Below, one piece after another: positions 34,301 to 35,396 of a DNA stretch of 35,396 bases. The notes under the pieces were generated by a model. It searched no databases. It saw nothing but the letters and a program-made list of their open reading frames with translations, and was not told the origin of the DNA. This DNA is from a virus (Duplodnaviria; Caudoviricetes), in IMG/VR virus record IMGVR_UViG_3300014168_000011, positions 1-35,396 of that record; one strand, written 5' to 3'. Each line of letters opens with the position of its first letter. Within the stretch, counting starts at the first letter, position 1. Both the position numbers and the translations under genes were made by a program.

Positions 34301-34608
34301 CCACGGTCACAACGACATCACTGCCGAATGGCGTCATCGGTGTGCCGTACTACCAAGTGCTTAGCGCAACAGGATCGTTACCAATCACTTGGTCAATTAT
34401 CGCGGGATCGCTGCCGAGTTGGGCTGCGTTAACCCCATCTTCCGGCGAAATCGCAGGCACCCCCGATGCTATAGGCACGACCTCATTTGTCGTAGAGGCT
34501 AGCAATACAGGCGGGGCAAGTAATCAAGCTCTGTCAATTACAATCACTGTGCGGCCTCCGACTATAAGCGGTAATGTTGTAGTATCAGGGAGAGTTGTAT
34601 TGCAATGA
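31366..34608 (+). CDS. secreted-type heparinase II/III / alginate-lyase-like protein with two C-terminal putative Ig domains
   Basis: Signal peptide MKRLMVFLVLGASLAVA; PRIWLT, VALIYDW, NYY..H, G..PES..YG, RSDW..GGH; two ITT..L.NG..PY.Q.L.A.GS.PITWSI..GSLP..G.I.GTP repeats. Confidence 0.7.
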   Translation: MNVMMKRLMVFLVLGASLAVARAPRIWLTPTLLAKLQAKYAANTPDWQAFKAIADGYKGRTVAPYSNAACSGSTQICYNGGYQASYQGSSYLQGGFYLSLAYQVTGDTGYSDTAIQILEAMNDSWDGRSDCSTYAAGTIPISTNDSWSDREYQVAVALIYDWNNARLSTTDQTNAATMTYCMYQWAAAHANDWPGKGTYPGANYYGGHLLGFGLSAIAMTGDNSLMTTLYSTVLGWWSGTQTNSVATQFASGVYQNGYNPESYTNYGSPHIERLLLYALAIQTYTGTSIMADYPNRLFHNELYNVMPGRQRITGESDWIGPGVGVVPGNNFNLYAYLLNGTADGAYAQFLWNNLPVGLDGRNPQTYADGVPVANWDDLFFFGDTSRTATDYSTVLPPWFAGVPYSDGHTYVRSDWTDSAVWASYIGGIAMGGGHEITMAGTVQINRGGDYLLPQIADWWGTNGVTGTPGIYDSPGAGVYRGNSLYFYDYPYPYNSYGTLSTATAAGATSFTLKATAYVTCGNVIGLGRGTGNAEYVTLTASPCGSGTATLTTATPLVNSHASGEYLDTNWNANYISVGATYFGGQTGNPGRGSFAPWAGVPDVMAAKQTSNFSYTLSQLTGAYDQVPGKLNTTNRTLRSYFRTFVWMGGGYFVVKDRAISHAARAGVSTYDKLLFWHLSPGTTPAWTAPTVSGSRVTTATIGSSKLVIDTLLPASPSLTIRETDAGTTIGSPAIAQINAGRADANIFETTPVVPLTYRLEVRDPAPSDTFSALTVLSALGSTVTPPAVSAVTSISSTHEGAYIADATPRLAILPIDDTQQYSTVSFTQAMTGTASVLVAGLSPVNTYNVQQNGTTILTAQVVGADGTLYFAPSGGGSFAITVNGQAPPTAPVITTAGLANGTLSVPYSQTLTASGSTPITWSIVSGSLPSWASLAPASGIISGTPNAVAVTSFTVQATNSAGTASKPLSLTVVSNIVPPTVTTTSLPNGVIGVPYYQVLSATGSLPITWSIIAGSLPSWAALTPSSGEIAGTPDAIGTTSFVVEASNTGGASNQALSITITVRPPTISGNVVVSGRVVLQ

Positions 34609-35243
34609 CTCTGACGGTTAAGGAACTTGGGCTCGCCTTCCCTCGCGTCACCGCAGAGCGGCTTGCGCTCTACGGGCAAGCCATGCTGGACGCTATGGAT
34701 GCGGCGGAGATCAATACTCCGCTGCGGCAGCGCCACTTCCTGGCTCAAGTCGGGCACGAAAGCGGCGATCTATCGGCGCTCGAAGAGAACCTGAATTACT
34801 CTGCCGAAGCACTCTATAGAGTCTGGCCCACTCGGTTCGGGGGCGGTCTGGCGGCGCACTATGCGCACGACCCTGAACGGATCGCCAATCGCGCCTATGG
34901 CGGGCGCATGGGCAATGGTGCCGAGACATCTGGCGACGGCTGGCGCTTCCGGGGCCGCGGATTGATCCAACTGACCGGGCGCGAGAACTACGAAGAGTTC
35001 GCGGTCGCAATGAGCTACAACGTCGTTGCAACCCCAGACATCATTCTGAGCGCGGAGGCTCCTGGCCCGCGCCTCTGCTGCGCTACCGCAACGTGGTTTT
35101 GGACGGTCCGCAATCTTAACGCGCTCGCGGATCACGACGACGTGGAGACCATCACTCGGCGCGTGAATGGTGGGCTGACGGGGCTGCCGGACCGGGTTGC
35201 ACGGGTGGATCTGATTAAAGAGGCTCTGGAGGCTGCGGCGTGA
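34605..35243 (+). CDS. glycoside hydrolase family 19 endolysin
   Basis: HFLAQVGHESG, EENLNYS, FRGRGLIQLTGRENY, ITRRVNGG. Confidence 0.92.
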   Translation: MTLTVKELGLAFPRVTAERLALYGQAMLDAMDAAEINTPLRQRHFLAQVGHESGDLSALEENLNYSAEALYRVWPTRFGGGLAAHYAHDPERIANRAYGGRMGNGAETSGDGWRFRGRGLIQLTGRENYEEFAVAMSYNVVATPDIILSAEAPGPRLCCATATWFWTVRNLNALADHDDVETITRRVNGGLTGLPDRVARVDLIKEALEAAA

Positions 35244-35396
35244 AACGCGTTGCCATCTCTTTGTTTTTGGCGCTCGCCTTCGCGGCGGGCGTGGTTGCGC
35301 AAGACGCTCACAGTTTAGCGGCCAAAGCTGATGCTGCGGCAGAGACATACTGGGCGTGCCTTGTTTCCGTGGACGTTCGCGATTGCAGCGAATTGG
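35240..35396 (+). CDS. partial CDS with signal peptide (runs off window)
   Basis: GTGA overlap; MKRVAISLFLALAFAAGVVA-QD. Confidence 0.55.
   Translation, partial: MKRVAISLFLALAFAAGVVAQDAHSLAAKADAAAETYWACLVSVDVRDCSEL

Noticed and set aside
26522-34608. Diversity-generating retroelement acting on the repeated domains
   Set aside because: No reverse transcriptase and no adenine-specific template/variable repeat pair seen

Overview
Mostly a GC-rich tailed-phage or prophage segment read on the + strand, preceded by an IS1-family module. Left ~2.2 kb: sigma70-type promoter, winged-helix-like ORF, a 71-nt tRNA-like RNA resembling the tRNA-like domain of tmRNA with no mRNA-like domain, an IS1-family DDE transposase and a passenger ORF. 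~3-16 kb: dense small accessory genes (HD/DUF5662-like, MazG-like, XRE HTH, serine recombinase, sigma70-family factor, membrane proteins). ~16-35 kb: morphogenesis module with terL, FmdB-like zinc ribbon, short C5 methyltransferase, portal, scaffold, major capsid protein, decoration-like proteins, beta-helix protein, adaptor-like protein, a heparinase/alginate-lyase-like Ig-domain protein and a GH19 endolysin. The best-supported unusual feature is a 764-nt group I intron with a LAGLIDADG homing endonuclease splitting the major capsid gene (predicted junction 24925/25690). Also notable: Sec-type signal peptides on late-region proteins, a C-terminal peptide shared by three consecutive genes, two tiny Lys/Arg peptides with the same RBS, a 15-bp motif repeated three times before late genes, and a 5-bp-periodic GG array. 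All product calls come from motif recognition by eye; no searches were run.
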